DNA of 64,000 nt from Ranitomeya imitator (taxonomy: Eukaryota), in contig NC_091283.1 in assembly GCF_032444005.1 (NCBI RefSeq), positions 510,322,001 to 510,386,000 of the forward strand, in the 5' to 3' direction. Below the pieces are notes generated by a model. The model saw only the letters and a program-made list of their open reading frames with translations, made no database searches and was not told where the DNA came from. The position numbers and the translations under genes are program-made. Below, one piece after another: positions 12,901-24,649 of the stretch; position 1 is the first letter of the stretch, and each line of letters starts with the position of its first letter.

Positions 12901-15900
12901 TGCATCCCATGTGCATTCTGGCACAATCGTGGGTATAATACTGGCTGTGTTGCTTATCACTGTCATAATCATGACTGTCATCTATATAAACCATCATAAA
13001 GGAAAACAAGGGAGACACTGTTGCATAAAGGTGAGGATTTCTACCATCTATCAGGGGCCGCACAATATTACCAACTTGAAAATGACCTTACTATATTTGT
13101 TCAAACCATTAATTAATTTGCCCTAATGTGATGACTGATGCTGCTTCTCTTTGGTGTTGATGTGATATTGAGCAAGTTGCTCCTCAAAACTGCTTTTCCG
13201 GGTTTGCATCGGTCTGGAGCGCAGTCAACTCTTTGTGATAATAAGTTTTGTAAAGCAAATACATCACCTAGGAAATGCTGGGACTGCTGTATATACATCA
13301 CATAAGAGATGCTGGGAAGGCTGTATATGAATCACATAGGATGCTGGGACTGCTGTATATACATCAAATAGGAGACGCTGGGACTGCAGTATATATATCA
13401 CAGGAGACACTGGGGTAATAAACATATAGACATCACTGGGAGGGCTGGGGGGCATAGACATCACTGGAGAGGGCTGGGGGGGCATAGACATCACTGGGAG
13501 GGCTGGGGGGGCTAGACATCACTGGAGAGGGCTGGGGGGGCATAGACATCACACTGCTCCAGCATGAAGATGTAATCCTTCAATACATGTGCTTCAGTGT
13601 GCGCAGTGCAAGTGAGGGTTTAAAGGGACAGCAGTCGTCAAAATGTGACTGTCAGCCCAAGCACTGTGGTCACCAGGAATCTACCCGGGGGCCGCAGATT
13701 AGGTCATCTACCCCTGGTGTACAGCGTGGGCTCAATAGATGAGGTGAATTCATTAAGCCGCAGGTCTGATTAAGGAGCCCGGGCCAGACGCAATGGGCAA
13801 TGGTGCAGTTGAGCAGGGCTTGATGGACAACAAATTAATTAGTGAGGACCAGGACAGCAGGATATGCAGGATGACAGACAATAAAGTGGAGCAGGTAGCA
13901 TTGATGAAGCAGAGCCAGGCGTGCGGACAAACATGGGAACAGTAAATGTATAGAAAACTGGTATCATGTCGTGAAGTGTCTTCAAGCAAAGCAATGGTTT
14001 AAAACAGGAGTAACTGAGAAACAGATGCAGTTTGGTAACTTTCAGTATGGCAATAGTTATTAGCAGCGACCTAACAGAATAGTAAATGCAAGGCACCAGA
14101 AAAAAATTATGTTTAAAAGCACACACATAAACCCTTTTATGACATCTTTAAAAACACATAGCAGAAATAGAAAATTGAGGTAGACAGGGCAATGTTTCGG
14201 CCAAAAAGGCCTTTGTCGAGCCAGAAAAAGTTAAAAATGCAGCTATAAAGTGGAAGATTGAGGCCTTTTTATATATCTGGGGAATTGGGCTCCACCTCTT
14301 CCTTCATCTCAGGGTCCATTCTGATTGTCATGACAGCCATCTAATCATCAAATAATGTACACTAATATATACACACATACATATGCTGTATCCAAAAGGA
14401 AATGGAGTGTTGATCAAACCAGAATGGCAAGAGTTCCGAAAAATAATAATAAAGTCCTCATGAGAATATTTATTAGCAAAGTCTACATTGTCCATCAACT
14501 AAAGAGTACCTTGTGTACATGATTGCATACCTACATAGATCGCACTCACACGGTATTTGGGGCACCCCAGGTTGTATACTTTACGCCGCAAGGAAATTTA
14601 AAATTACACCACCGGCGTCATCCAGTAATTTTAAAGTACACCGCCCATGTCATCGAATCAGGTGACTGTGGATAAAACGGGGAGGAATTATATATAGCGT
14701 CCACTCCTATCCCCGTGACCCAGAAGTGGCGCATCATAACATGTTGTGACAGTGTCACATGATAGTGTTCAAGAGTGCCAGGAAATCGCCTTTCTGAAGC
14801 ATCATGTGCTAAGCTCACATGACCGCCACGTCATATTGCGTCACTTGGGCAAGCATCATAAGGTCATATGATAAGAATAGAAGTTGCGCTCACATGACCG
14901 CTGCTTGGATACCATCTGTCTTTATAATCCTTCCCCTTTTCATCCGCAGTCACCTGTTTGGATGACACCGGCGGTGTAGTTTAAAATTACCATACTGTGT
15001 AAAGTCACTGGAAATACATCCTGGGGGGGCCCTAAAGGCTGTGTGACATTATTTTATTAGTTTATTTTCCTGCTGGAGTGTTACTACTAATCTAAATTAA
15101 GCCCCTACCTAGTCTCATACTTACCGGCCACTTTCTTCATCTGTTCTCCATGCCACTCTGGTCGATCTTCTGCAGGTTATAACCTGCTGGATTGCTCCAG
15201 TGTTTGCTGCACAACCCAGAAGTCACAACTCAATGAATGTCTACGAGAGCCAGAACGAGGCTCTCATGGACTTACAGTGAGAACTTGTGACTGTCACCCC
15301 TGACTTCCGGGTTAGTCAGAAGTTGTGGTCGGAAGATGACAAAGCAAGACCGAAGCGTCACCCGGAAGAGCTCAATTAGCGCCTGGTAAGTATGAGACTG
15401 GGGTCAGGGAACTTAGTTAAGTCGCACCACTCTAGCGGTAAAATAAAAACAAATGCTGCTGTGGTGCTTTAATAGTATTAATTAACATTGGGTTAACTTT
15501 CTAGAGGGAATACATTCATAATTTAGTTAAAGCATCTTATGCTGGAGTGCTGGGAAATAAATCCATAATGGTTTGTAAAATGAACTTGTAAAACAAGCAA
15601 AAATAAGCTTTGATCACATAAAATGTTATACATTTGATAAAAGACTTTCAAAAATTCATTACTTTTTACCTGTATATAAACACATGTATACATGGCCTGA
15701 GCATACAACCTCTAAGCTGCACAGGACACTAATTCCCAGCTACAGTAACATCTTCCTTAATATTAGAGTCCTTGTTTTTGTCTTGCATCCTGCTGATGTC
15801 AATAGGATCAAACCTAAAAAGTATAAAAATGTCAAATTAGTGTGTATTTATTCTAAAACAGGTTTTCTCTATATCGCATCATTAAAATGAGTTTTTTACG

Positions 15901-16028
15901 GTTTGCAGTATCATCCTCACCACTGGGCAGTTACGAAGTTCAACAATCATGGAAGCCCTGGCGTGTACACTGTGGTGGACCCAACACCAGGACTTGATAA
16001 AGATGGCTTCATGGAAACAGAACAATAA
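876..16028 (+). CDS. PLXDC1: Plexin domain-containing protein 1 (TEM7), last 8 coding exons; 5' exons lie upstream of the window
   Basis: Phase-consistent AG/GT exons 876-975, 6027-6122, 7460-7541, 10715-10775, 10865-10988, 12081-12110, 12873-13030, 15909-16028. They splice to [23 protein letters not shown]...[12 protein letters not shown]...[11 protein letters not shown]...[22 protein letters not shown]...[12 protein letters not shown]...HPHHW...KDGFMETEQ*, matching PLXDC1 as I recall it (PSI domain, single TM helix, short tail). Confidence 0.95.
1180..2060 (+). mobile_element. Degenerate L2-clade LINE fragment (RT C-terminal region)
   Basis: Residual frame [33 protein letters not shown] resembles the L2 RT end; many stops; boundaries approximate. 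Confidence 0.7.
2575..2617 (+). ncRNA. Minimal type I hammerhead-ribozyme-like motif (Penelope-type) with a core substitution
   Basis: TCCC-CTtATGA-A-CCCT-gacactaa-AGGG-A-GAAA-CGCG-TC-GGGA: helix I TCCC/GGGA, helix II CCCT/AGGG, palindromic helix III ACGCGT, CTTATGA instead of CTGATGA. Confidence 0.6.
3110..4300 (-). mobile_element. Degenerate mariner (DD34D-type) transposon
   Basis: Minus-strand remnants [45 protein letters not shown], with frameshifts and stops; boundaries approximate. Confidence 0.85.
5065..5439. mobile_element. Harbinger-type MITE
   Basis: Imperfect TIRs GGGTACGTGTTCACGTTCAGGA / TCCTGAACGTGGAAACATACCC. Confidence 0.7.
5541..5967. mobile_element. T2/Kolobok-type TTAA MITE (degenerate)
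   Basis: TTAA flanks; inverted GTAATCTGAGAGCAGC / GCTGCTCTCAAATTAC; similar to 12440-12841. Confidence 0.55.
6027..6122 (+). CDS. PLXDC1: PLXDC1 exon ([32 protein letters not shown])
   Basis: atgcag|AATCCC...CTACCAA|gtaatc. Confidence 0.93.
6534..6871. mobile_element. Harbinger-type MITE (same family as 49919-50242, opposite orientation)
   Basis: TIRs GGTATGTGCA / TGCACATACC with TAA/TTA flanks; shared internal sequence with the 49.9-kb copy. Confidence 0.7.
7460..7541 (+). CDS. PLXDC1: PLXDC1 exon, PSI domain ([28 protein letters not shown])
   Basis: tacag|CATGC...CAAAG|gtaaac; Cys pattern of a PSI domain. Confidence 0.93.
8378..9679 (+). mobile_element. Internally deleted Tc1-like transposon
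   Basis: TA|CAGTTGTGGCCAAAAGTATTGACACCCCTGCAATTCTGTCAGATAATACT with exact inverted copy ending 9679|TA; remnants [22 protein letters not shown]. Confidence 0.92.
9037..9457. mobile_element. Harbinger-type MITE inserted at the Tc1 transposase stop codon
   Basis: TTA|GGGTAAGTTCACACAGGACTTTT...AAAAGTCCTGTGTGAACTTACCC|TTA. Confidence 0.9.
10715..10775 (+). CDS. PLXDC1: PLXDC1 exon ([20 protein letters not shown])
   Basis: cgtag|ATGTTCC...AAAGAG|gtccgt. Confidence 0.92.
10865..10988 (+). CDS. PLXDC1: PLXDC1 exon, Thr/Ser-rich stalk ([12 protein letters not shown]...IDLTTE)
   Basis: ctgaag|GTACCA...ACAGAAG|gtaaca, after an 89-bp intron. Confidence 0.88.
11153..11528. mobile_element. T2/Kolobok-type MITE
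   Basis: TTAA|AGGGAACC...GGTTCCCT|TTAA; subterminal inverted TTCATGCTGCCCAAA / TTTGGGCAGCATGAA. Confidence 0.85.
12081..12110 (+). CDS. PLXDC1: PLXDC1 30-bp exon ([10 protein letters not shown])
   Basis: tttcatgtag|ATGACAC...GGAGATG|gtaagt; phase 1-1 fits neighbours. Confidence 0.85.
12440..12841. mobile_element. T2/Kolobok-type MITE
   Basis: TTAA|AGGGAATCTGT...ACAGATTCCTT|TTAA. Confidence 0.8.
12873..13030 (+). CDS. PLXDC1: PLXDC1 transmembrane exon (EPLEEVPKK...[26 protein letters not shown]...CCIK)
   Basis: ctctttcag|AACCAC...CATAAAG|gtgagg; hydrophobic TM stretch. Confidence 0.93.
13262..13552. repeat. Two adjacent minisatellites (about 40-bp and about 30-bp units)
   Basis: CATCACATAGGAGATGCTGGGACTGCTGTATATA variants, then GGGCTGGGGGGCATAGACATCACTGG variants. 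Confidence 0.85.
15909..16028 (+). CDS. PLXDC1: PLXDC1 terminal coding exon ([11 protein letters not shown]...[10 protein letters not shown])
   Basis: gtttgcag|TATCAT...CAATAA stop. Confidence 0.93.
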   Translation, partial: YHPHHWAVTKFNNHGSPGVYTVVDPTPGLDKDGFMETEQ

Positions 16029-18402
16029 GAGCCCTTGAATCCTTTTATGTAAGGGAGATGGAAGGGCTGGAACCTCCCAACATGCTCATTACATCCCCAC
16101 AGAAATGATTGCTAACTACACCCTGAAAGACTATAGATGAAGAAGAAATCACTATTGACCTGTATTATTAACTTCAGAATATTTTACATTATCCCTGCAC
16201 AGCAAGACATCTCAGTTTCCAGTAAAAGAAGAAATTATAATGCATTATTTACAAGCGATGTGAACTGAAAAGTTGCACCGTTTGCCATCACCAGAATATT
16301 AGAATATTATTCCTGGTTATCTGACAACTGGGAAGAAATGCATCTCATCTGGAAAAATGTACACACAGTCTGATACCTGCCTCTGGACTGCAAAACTCTG
16401 TACAATTTACTTGATTCTCAGAAAGTTCCCAGTATAGTTGTTATATCCGTACTCTGACTGGAAGGCCAAGTAATGTGCTAGGAAATACAACATTGTATAC
16501 AGAGAGAGCACATGGTTGTTAGTTCATCTTTATAGATTTGCCTAACAAAATCAGATCAAACGCCGACTTAGGACAATTAATTACCTTATATCTGCTATTC
16601 TGCTACAGAGCAAGGATAAATTGCAACCAAAAAGATCAATACATTTATGAGTCGAGTCACTGGCTACATTATTGCTGATGTGTGTGCTATACTTGGAAGT
16701 GTTGAGTCTTTAAAAAGCCAACTTGGGAATATGCTTTTCAGATGACTCGTCTGAGGTAAGTCACTGTGGGCTTTTCTCTGTACCACTTTCCTAAACTGAA
16801 AGGACTCTCCCTATGTGTGAATATAGCAGAAAGACGCTGCTGGAGACCAGTCTCTTGGACTAGTCATCTGAGCCGTATGGTCCCAAGTTGTTATTCCAAA
16901 GTATTTTTTCTCTGAAACGTGCAGCAAGAAAATATAACACAATAACACAGCCAGATTCCGAATTATACAACCCATGCTTTGGGCAGAATTAATCTTATGT
17001 CAAGGTTCACTTTAAGTTTCTGACAAGACAATCTTCCTAAACATAATTATTTTGTATTGCTGTAAACAGACCGGATCACACAGCTGTCCTGTAAAATACT
17101 AAAAATTATAAATACAAATATTGCAATATTGCATTCATGAACGCATGAAGAACATCTCATCCAACCAATGGCCTACACATATCTACTTATCACAGTCTGC
17201 CCTTCGAGCTGCTATGAGGTCCAAGGTTGTCCAAACACCCCCTCTGACAATCATGTGTCTTTACTTTCTCTAAAATCATGCCTTGAAAGCAAACAGAGGG
17301 CTAATGGGCATCCAGACTGTCTTATCCTCTTATAATACAGGCATGCTGGATGGGCCAAGAGATGTTGATCCCTTCTGTCCCAATGGTGTAAATCTTTTCT
17401 GTTCACAATTTTTTTATCTCTGCCGATATGATACATTAAACTAGTGCAGCGTTTAATCTACTGAAAACAGAAGATTAATATACCCTTCTTTGCTTATAAT
17501 TACCTTTTCAGAAACCCCACTGCTCATCAATCATTATTAGTGTACCTTCCCTACATGCTTTTTTGTTAAATATCATACTTACAATGCTTAGCTGCTAGCA
17601 CATTAGACATCACAGGAAAGCTGACGTGTAGGCACATACATAAATCTCAGGGTACATGTCCTGGACTGCAGTTTTTAGTTAGCTTAATTATAAGTTATTA
17701 TCTCCAGCAATCTACATTCACCACCCCTTGCTACCAGTCTTGCTACCTTCTCCGCTGCAAACTAAGCACACGTTATTTTTCATAAAGAGTTTAGAAAGTC
17801 GGTATTTAAAGAGGACCTCACACTGGGTCATAAGTGGGCAATTTTTCATCTAATTTTATTTATGCCGCTCCCCTAAGTCCGCTTTTTTATTTTTTCACAT
17901 CCACCATACAGTTCCAGAGATATGGCACTTTTTTTGTAAGTGCTACATTTTATGGCCCTTACCAAGTGGGTGTGGCTCACAGGATTCTCGAGGAATGAGG
18001 GGGATGTCTTCAGGCTACTAAGCATTATTACCCTGTGACCACAATCCACTTGGGAATGGCTATAAAAATTAGCACCAAATAAAAAGGCCCAAATCTCTGA
18101 AATTGTAAGGCACATTAAATAAAAAAAAGAAAGAAAGCAGCGGGAATAAAATAAGAGTAAAAACTGCAAACCTCTGACCTTAGTGACAGGTCCCATTTAA
18201 GGTTATATTATATATTTTTTCCTGTTTCAATGTTTCTGAATGTTATTGTTCTTTGTACCTGGGAAAACACTGCAGTCTTGTCCTATGGCATGCATTAACA
18301 CTTCAAATTTACCTGCTGGTCAGATTTTCAGATAGAGCATGGCCATGTTTTATTGTAATTAAACAATTTCTATTGCTAGTCCTGATTATTTTTTGTTATA
18401 TA

Positions 18403-20715
18403 CACTGGTCAAAATACTAAAAGGGAACACTTAAACAAACACAATGTAACCCCAAACAAAACAGACAAGTAGAAATGATAGGCAATTAGCAAGACAACCT
18501 CCATAAAGGAGTGGTTCAGGAGGGGTAACCATAGACCATTTCTCTAACAAAAGCAACCGTCAAAAGGGATGTGAAAACTTTTGCGTTTTGTCATTGCTCT
18601 CACCCCTAGAGGTACTGTATAGTAGCATGAGGCGGTGTCTAAAAGCCACAGAAGTTGCTCAGGAAGTGCAGCTCAGCCAGGGTGCGACATCAATGCAACC
18701 TGTTGCATTAAGGGTAGCTGTGTCTATCAGCACAGTGTCCAGAGTGTAATGGGCTGGGTGGTGGAAGCACTGTGTCAAGGACCAAAAAAGCCCGGAGGAG
18801 CGTAACTAGGTGCCTCATCAAATCCAAACTCAGATACACAGCGGCAGCGCGACCATGATCTGAGGAGAGACAAAGTAGGTGGAACCAGGGGCTACACCAA
18901 GACTCACCTTAGGTAGATTGCAGTTGACCTCCTAGGGACAGGGAGCAAGGACGGCCAAGAAGAACGAAAAGTTGATGCAGGTAGACACTGTAGGAAGACT
19001 GGAACTGCAGATACAGACTGGACTGGCTGATGTACAAATGCACACTGGCAGGTACAGACTGGTCCAGCTGATGTAGAGATGAGAACTGGCAGGTGTGGAC
19101 TGGATCGGCTGATGTACAGATAGGCTGGCTGCCCATCAGGCAGGTAGAAAGACAGGCAGTTGGACATGCAGGTATATAAGAATACAAGCACTGGGAGCTG
19201 AGAACTGACAAGAGTGTTAAGGAACAAACTTACTAAGTTACAGATGCACCTCCCTTCAAGTGGAGCTGCCTTAAATAAAGAGTGTCTCCCAGCCATTGGC
19301 TGGGGACACTTTAGGACCGCGCATGCAGTCCTTTTAATAGGACAGAAATGTGCATGGACACTAATCACAGTGCCTGGGGATCTGTGAGCTGTGTGCACAC
19401 CCCAGGCATTCCCAGCTAAAGCAGGAGGTACCGGAGAGAGGCCGCGGCGGTAAGTCAACGTTTCTGCCTTCTGCCCTTCTTCTTTGGCAGAGGCGCTGAC
19501 TTGCTCACCACACCACAGTACCCCACCATTTACGCTCCCTCTTTTTCAAGTAAGCAAGAAATCTCTCCAGGAGGAGAGAGGCATCAAAGTTCTCCCCGGG
19601 CTGATAGGCAGGTATACAAGAATATGAGCATGGGACCAAAGAACTGACAAGAGCATTTAGGAACAAACTTACTATGCTACATAATGAGTGTGTTCCAGCC
19701 ATTGGATGGGGACATTTTAGGATGGCGCACGCTGTTCTATTAAGAGGACAGGAACGCGAACACGTCCTAAGCACAGTGTTCGGGGATCTGTGCGCTGTGT
19801 GCGCACCCCGGGCATCAGCGGCCAAAGCAAGAAGTATGGGAGAGAGGCTGCGGTGGTGAGCAAGTCGGCTGTGAGTAGGTTGGCGTCTCTGCCAGGGAAG
19901 AGGGGCAGAAGACAGAGACGCCAACCTACTCACCGCACTACATGTACTACAGAACCTCACCCTTTACGCCCCCTCTTTTTCAAGCTCGCAAAAGGAGAGG
20001 GGCATCGATGAGTAAATCAGCTTCTTTGCTGGAGAAGAGGGGCATAAGGCAGAGACGCCAGCGCTACACAGAGCATGGAGCAGATACCAGGAGACAGGCC
20101 AGTACACCAGGAAACGTGGAGAGGGCCAAAGGAGGGCAACAACTCGGTAGCAGGAGTGCTACCTACTTCTTAGTGCAAGGAGTAACAGGTGGAGCAGTGC
20201 CGGAGCCTTACAAAATGATCTTCAGCAGGCCACTAACATCCATGTGTCTGCTCAAACTGTCAGAAACAGACTCCAAGAGGGTGGCATAAGGTCCCGACGT
20301 CCACAAGTAGATGCTGTGCTTACAGCCCAACACTGAGCAGGGCGATTGGCATTTGCCAGAAACACCAAGATTGGCAGATTTAACATTGGCACCCTGTGCT
20401 CTTCACGGATGAGAGCAGGTTCATACTGAGAACATGTGATAGAAGTCTGGAGATGCCTTCGAGAAAGTCCTGCTGCGTGCACCATTCTCCAGCATGACCG
20501 GTTTGGCAGTGGGTCTGTAATGGTGTGGAAAGGCATTTCATTGCAGGGCCGCATAGCCTTCCATGTGCTAGCCAGAGGTACCCTTACTGCCATTAGGTAC
20601 TGGGATGAGATCCTCAAACCCATTGTGAGACAATATGCAGGTGCAGTGGGTCCTGGGTTCCTTCTAATGCATGACAATGCTAGGCCTCATGTGGTTGAAG
20701 TGTGGCAGCACTCCT
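18403..20715 (+). mobile_element. Tc1-like transposon, 3'-truncated and interrupted by an LTR-like insert
   Basis: TA|CACTGGTCAAAA start; remnants SRAWSRYQETGQYTR and DRFGSGSVMVW...GFLLMHDNARPH. Confidence 0.85.
18745..20068. mobile_element. 1.3-kb LTR-like insertion (solo LTR or non-autonomous LTR element)
   Basis: CAGAG|TGTAAT...GCGCTACA|CAGAG: TG..CA ends, 5-bp TSD; removing it rejoins the Tc1 frame; internal direct duplication about 19225-19480 / 19655-19880. Confidence 0.8.
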
Positions 20716-21183
20716 CCTCAGATAAGTTTTTGTATTTTTATACCTAATTACGATATAAGTATGTCTCCTGATGAACCTACATAGGGGAAAAGCAGCGAGC
20801 TAAGCATACTTGGCATTATGATACTTAAAGGGAAGGTGCCATCAAAATTTTTTTTTTTTTCAGAAATTGTAAAAATGTAAAGAATTAATGATTACATTTT
20901 CTTAAAAAATATTATCATTTGTTTATAATTTAGTAAAATATGAAAAATAATTTGAAAAGTTTTGGAATTTCCACTTTTCAACACTAGGGGGAGCAGCTGC
21001 TGAAATTTCAGAAAAACCTAGTGTACAACTAGCTCACATTACAGCACTGCAGTAATTATGGGCGGAGTCTGCTGACATGTGTGATGTCTCCTCTCCTCCC
21101 CTTCTGGGTGTTTGCTAAGGGATTAGAGAGGATGATATTCAGGAACCCAGTGAGCAGCCATTTTGTTGGTGACTGCAGAGTAT

Positions 21184-21377
21184 GGCTGCCGTCACACTAT
21201 CAGTATTTGGTCAGTATTTTACCTCAGTATTTGTAAGTCAAAACCAGGAGAGGAACAATTAGAGGAAAAGTATAATAGAAACATGTCACCACTTCTGCAT
21301 TTATCACTCACTCCTGGTTTTGGCTTACAAATACTGAGGTAAAATACTGACCAAATACTGATAGTGTGAAGGCAGCC
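21184..21377. mobile_element. Palindromic Harbinger-type MITE
   Basis: GGCTGCCGTCACACTATCAGTATTTGG...CCAAATACTGATAGTGTGAAGGCAGCC|TAA. Confidence 0.85.
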
Positions 21378-21380
21378 TAA

Positions 21381-21787
21381 GGCTACTTTCACACTAGCGT
21401 TGTTGGCTGTACGTTGCAATGAGTCATTCAGGAGAAAAAACGCATCCTGCAAAGTTGTCTGCAGGATGCGTTTTTTCCCCATAGACTAACATTACCGACG
21501 CATTGCGACGTATTGCCACACGTCGTAACTGCTGTGCGACGGTTGCGTCATGTTTTGGTGGACCGCCGCCACAAAAAAAGTTACATGTAACGTTTGTCCG
21601 TCGAGTCCGCCATTTTCAACCGCACATGCACGGCAGAAACTCCGCCCCATCCTCCCCAGACCTTACAATGGGGCAGCGGAAGCGTCGTAAGACTGCTTCC
21701 GCTGCCCACGTCGGGCATTTCTTTCACAGCATGCGTCGGTACGACGCACTGCGACGGGCCCGTACCGATGCTAGTGTGAAAGCAGCC
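21381..21787. mobile_element. Harbinger-type MITE abutting the previous one
   Basis: TAA|GGCTACTTTCACACTAGC...GCTAGTGTGAAAGCAGCC. Confidence 0.8.
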
Positions 21788-22324
21788 CTTATACTGACAA
21801 GTCTACGGTCACCGAGGATGGCAGGCAGCAAGGATTCTGGGAGATATGTGGTGGAGGGAGCAGGGTGACAGCAGCACAGAGTATTTCAGGAGAGCAGTGT
21901 GCTGGTCTATGGGGGCCCCCTGTTCGGTGTGCGGAGCAGCCAGGGATTGTACATAGAGCGCTGTCTTTTATACACATGGATGGACCGTCTGCTTGTTTGC
22001 TCCACAGAAATCCTGGAAACATTTCTGCGGATTGATGGCCTGTTCTGATCCAGACTTTGCATGCAGACCCCATTCCCCTCCTCAGATCCTGTCTTCCCCA
22101 TCCTGTCCTGGCAATATGTGAAAGCGAGGCGACAGGCGCAGTCGGGGTGACGCTGGGAAGGAAATGTAGCCATATAGTAACGATAAAAATGAGACGCCTC
22201 TCTTCAGCTGCCTCACCAGCCCTGACTGCACCTAACTGGAGGTCATGCTGCCCCCTCTATTACCCCAGACCCGCGTGCAGGTGCTCAGCCAGAACCACCA
22301 TAGAATGGGTCCGCTTTCTGAAGA

Positions 22325-22870
22325 TAATACTGCCATAGTGTTCTCACATAATACCGCCATATAGATCACACATAATACCGCCAGTGTTCTCACATACCAC
22401 CATATAGATCACACATAATACCGCCAGTGTTCTCACATACCGCCATATAGATCACACATAATACTGCCATAGTGTTCTCACATAATACCGCCATATAGAT
22501 CACACATAATACCGCCAGTGTTCTCACATACCACCATATAGATCACACATAATACCGCCAGTGTTCTCACATACCACCATATAGATCACACATAATACTG
22601 CCATAGTGTTCTCACATAATACCGCCATATAGATCACACATAATACTGCCATAGTGTTCTCATGTAATACCGCCATATAGATCACACAATACTGCCATAG
22701 TGTTCTCACATACCGCCATATAGATCTCACACAATGCTGCCAGTGTTCTCACATAATACCGCCATATAGATCACACACAATACCACCATATAATTCTCAC
22801 AATACTGATCAACCATAATACCACCATACAGATCACATAATACCGTCATATAGATCTCACATAATGCCAT
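22325..22870. repeat. Minisatellite (about 55-60-bp unit with 27-30-bp subunits)
   Basis: Repeats of CCATAGTGTTCTCACATAATACCGCCATATAGATCACACATAATAC. Confidence 0.9.
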
Positions 22871-22959
22871 AATACAGCATGACGCCCGCAGCTCCTGTTA
22901 TCGCACGCATTGAGTTGTGTGTGCAATGGGGAAAGATATGCAGGGGGGAGAGGAGTGCA

Positions 22960-24240
22960 TAGGAGAGGATTAGATACACGGCTCAGCATAATATCACACA
23001 GTATAGGATTAGATGCACGGCTCAGCAGACAGTATCACACAGGAGAGGATTAGATACACGGCTCAGCAGTCAGTATTTCACAGGATTAGGCTATGTGCAC
23101 ACGTCAGGATTTTTTCCTGACATAATCCTGAGAATTCTGCCAGAAATCCACGTGCTTTTTTCGCGCGGATTTCTCGCGGAATTTGCGCGTTTTTTTGCGT
23201 TTTTTATTTTTTTATTTTCCGGAATGTCCTTTTTGATAGGAAATCTGCAAAAAATCCGCAAAAAGATAGAGCATGTCCGGATTTTTTGCGGTATGTGTTT
23301 TTTTAGCGGATTTATAGCGTTTTTATGGCGAAATTCCGCAAAAAAAACGCTAAAAATCCGGACGTGTGCACATAGCCTTAGATACACAGGTCAGCACAGG
23401 ATAGGATTAGATACACGGTTCACCAGACAGTATCACACAGGAGAGGATTAGATACACGGCTCAGCAGTCAGTATTCCACAGGAGGATTAGATACACAGGT
23501 CAGCACAGGATAGGATTAGATACACGGTTCACCAGACAGTATCACACAGGAGAGTATTAGATACACGGCTCAGCAGTCAGTATCACACAGGAGAGGATTA
23601 GATACACAGCTCAGCAGACAGTATCACACAGGAGAGGATTAGATACACGGCTCAGCAGTCAGTATTCCACAGGAGGATTAGATACACAGGTCAGCACAGG
23701 ATAGGATTAGATACACGGCTCAGCAGTCAGTATTCCACAGGAGGATTAGATACACAGGTCAGCACAGGATAGGATTAGATACACGGCTCAGCAGACAGTA
23801 TCACACAGGAGAGGATTAGATACACGGCTCAGCAGACACTATCACACAGGAGAGGATTAGATACACGGCTCACCAGACAGTATCACACAGGAGAGGATTA
23901 GATACACGGCTCAGCAGTCAGTATTCCACAGGAGGATTAGATACACAGGTCAGCACAGGATAGGATTAGATACACGGCTCAGCAGACACTATCACACAGG
24001 AGAGGATTAGATACACGGCTCAGCAGACAGTATCACACAGGAGAGGATTAGATACACGGCTCACCAGACAGTATCACACAGGACAGGATTAGATACACGG
24101 CTCAGCAGACACTATCACACAGGAGAGGATTAGATACACGGCTCACCAGACAGTATCACACAGGAGAGGATTAGATACACGGCTCAGCAGACACTATCAC
24201 ACAGGAGAGGATTAGATACTTGGCTCAGCACAGTATAGTG
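22960..24240. repeat. Minisatellite of about 39-41-bp units
   Basis: Repeats of GGATTAGATACACGGCTCAGCAGACAGTATCACACAGGAGA plus a shorter variant unit. Confidence 0.92.
23089..23377. mobile_element. Harbinger-type MITE inserted in the minisatellite
   Basis: TTA|GGCTATGTGCACACGTC...GACGTGTGCACATAGCC|TTA. Confidence 0.9.
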
Positions 24241-24649
24241 ATAGATGCAGGGTCTGATGTCCTGTGAGGAGCTGCAGTGAGGTCGGAGCAGCACAGAGAT
24301 TCTCCCCCATCCCCCTCTGTTACCTCTCTGCAGCTCCAGATAAGAGGACATCAGACCCCAGCACTTCAGACTCTCTAGCGATCCTAGAGATTCAGCCACA
24401 CACCAGGCAGCAGAGGACAGGGAACGGCAGCTGATAGGGTGCATACTAAAACCCTATGTGCCAAATTAACCTATACCTATGGTAGATATTTTAGTCGTAT
24501 TCATCTATACCTCTGCCTATTTTAGATTTTTTTTTACAGTATCATTTTCTTAATTTAGTTTTCCTTTCCACTTCACTCCATTTGAAGCAGAGTAACAAAT
24601 TTATTTACATAAAGTTGCAATACATGAATGTAGGGGTTACATTTTTTGG

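Noticed and set aside
13600-14130. Possible L2 endonuclease remnant on the minus strand
   Set aside because: Similarity too weak to support without an alignment.
16742-16755. 14-bp micro-exon-like segment (ttttcag|ATGACTCGTCTGAG|gtaagt) after the PLXDC1 stop
   Set aside because: Not frame-preserving, downstream of the terminal exon, and such motifs arise by chance; no other support.
18904-20289. ORFs of 100-184 aa in the LTR-like insert
   Set aside because: Low-complexity, repeat-derived translations without gag, pol or env motifs.
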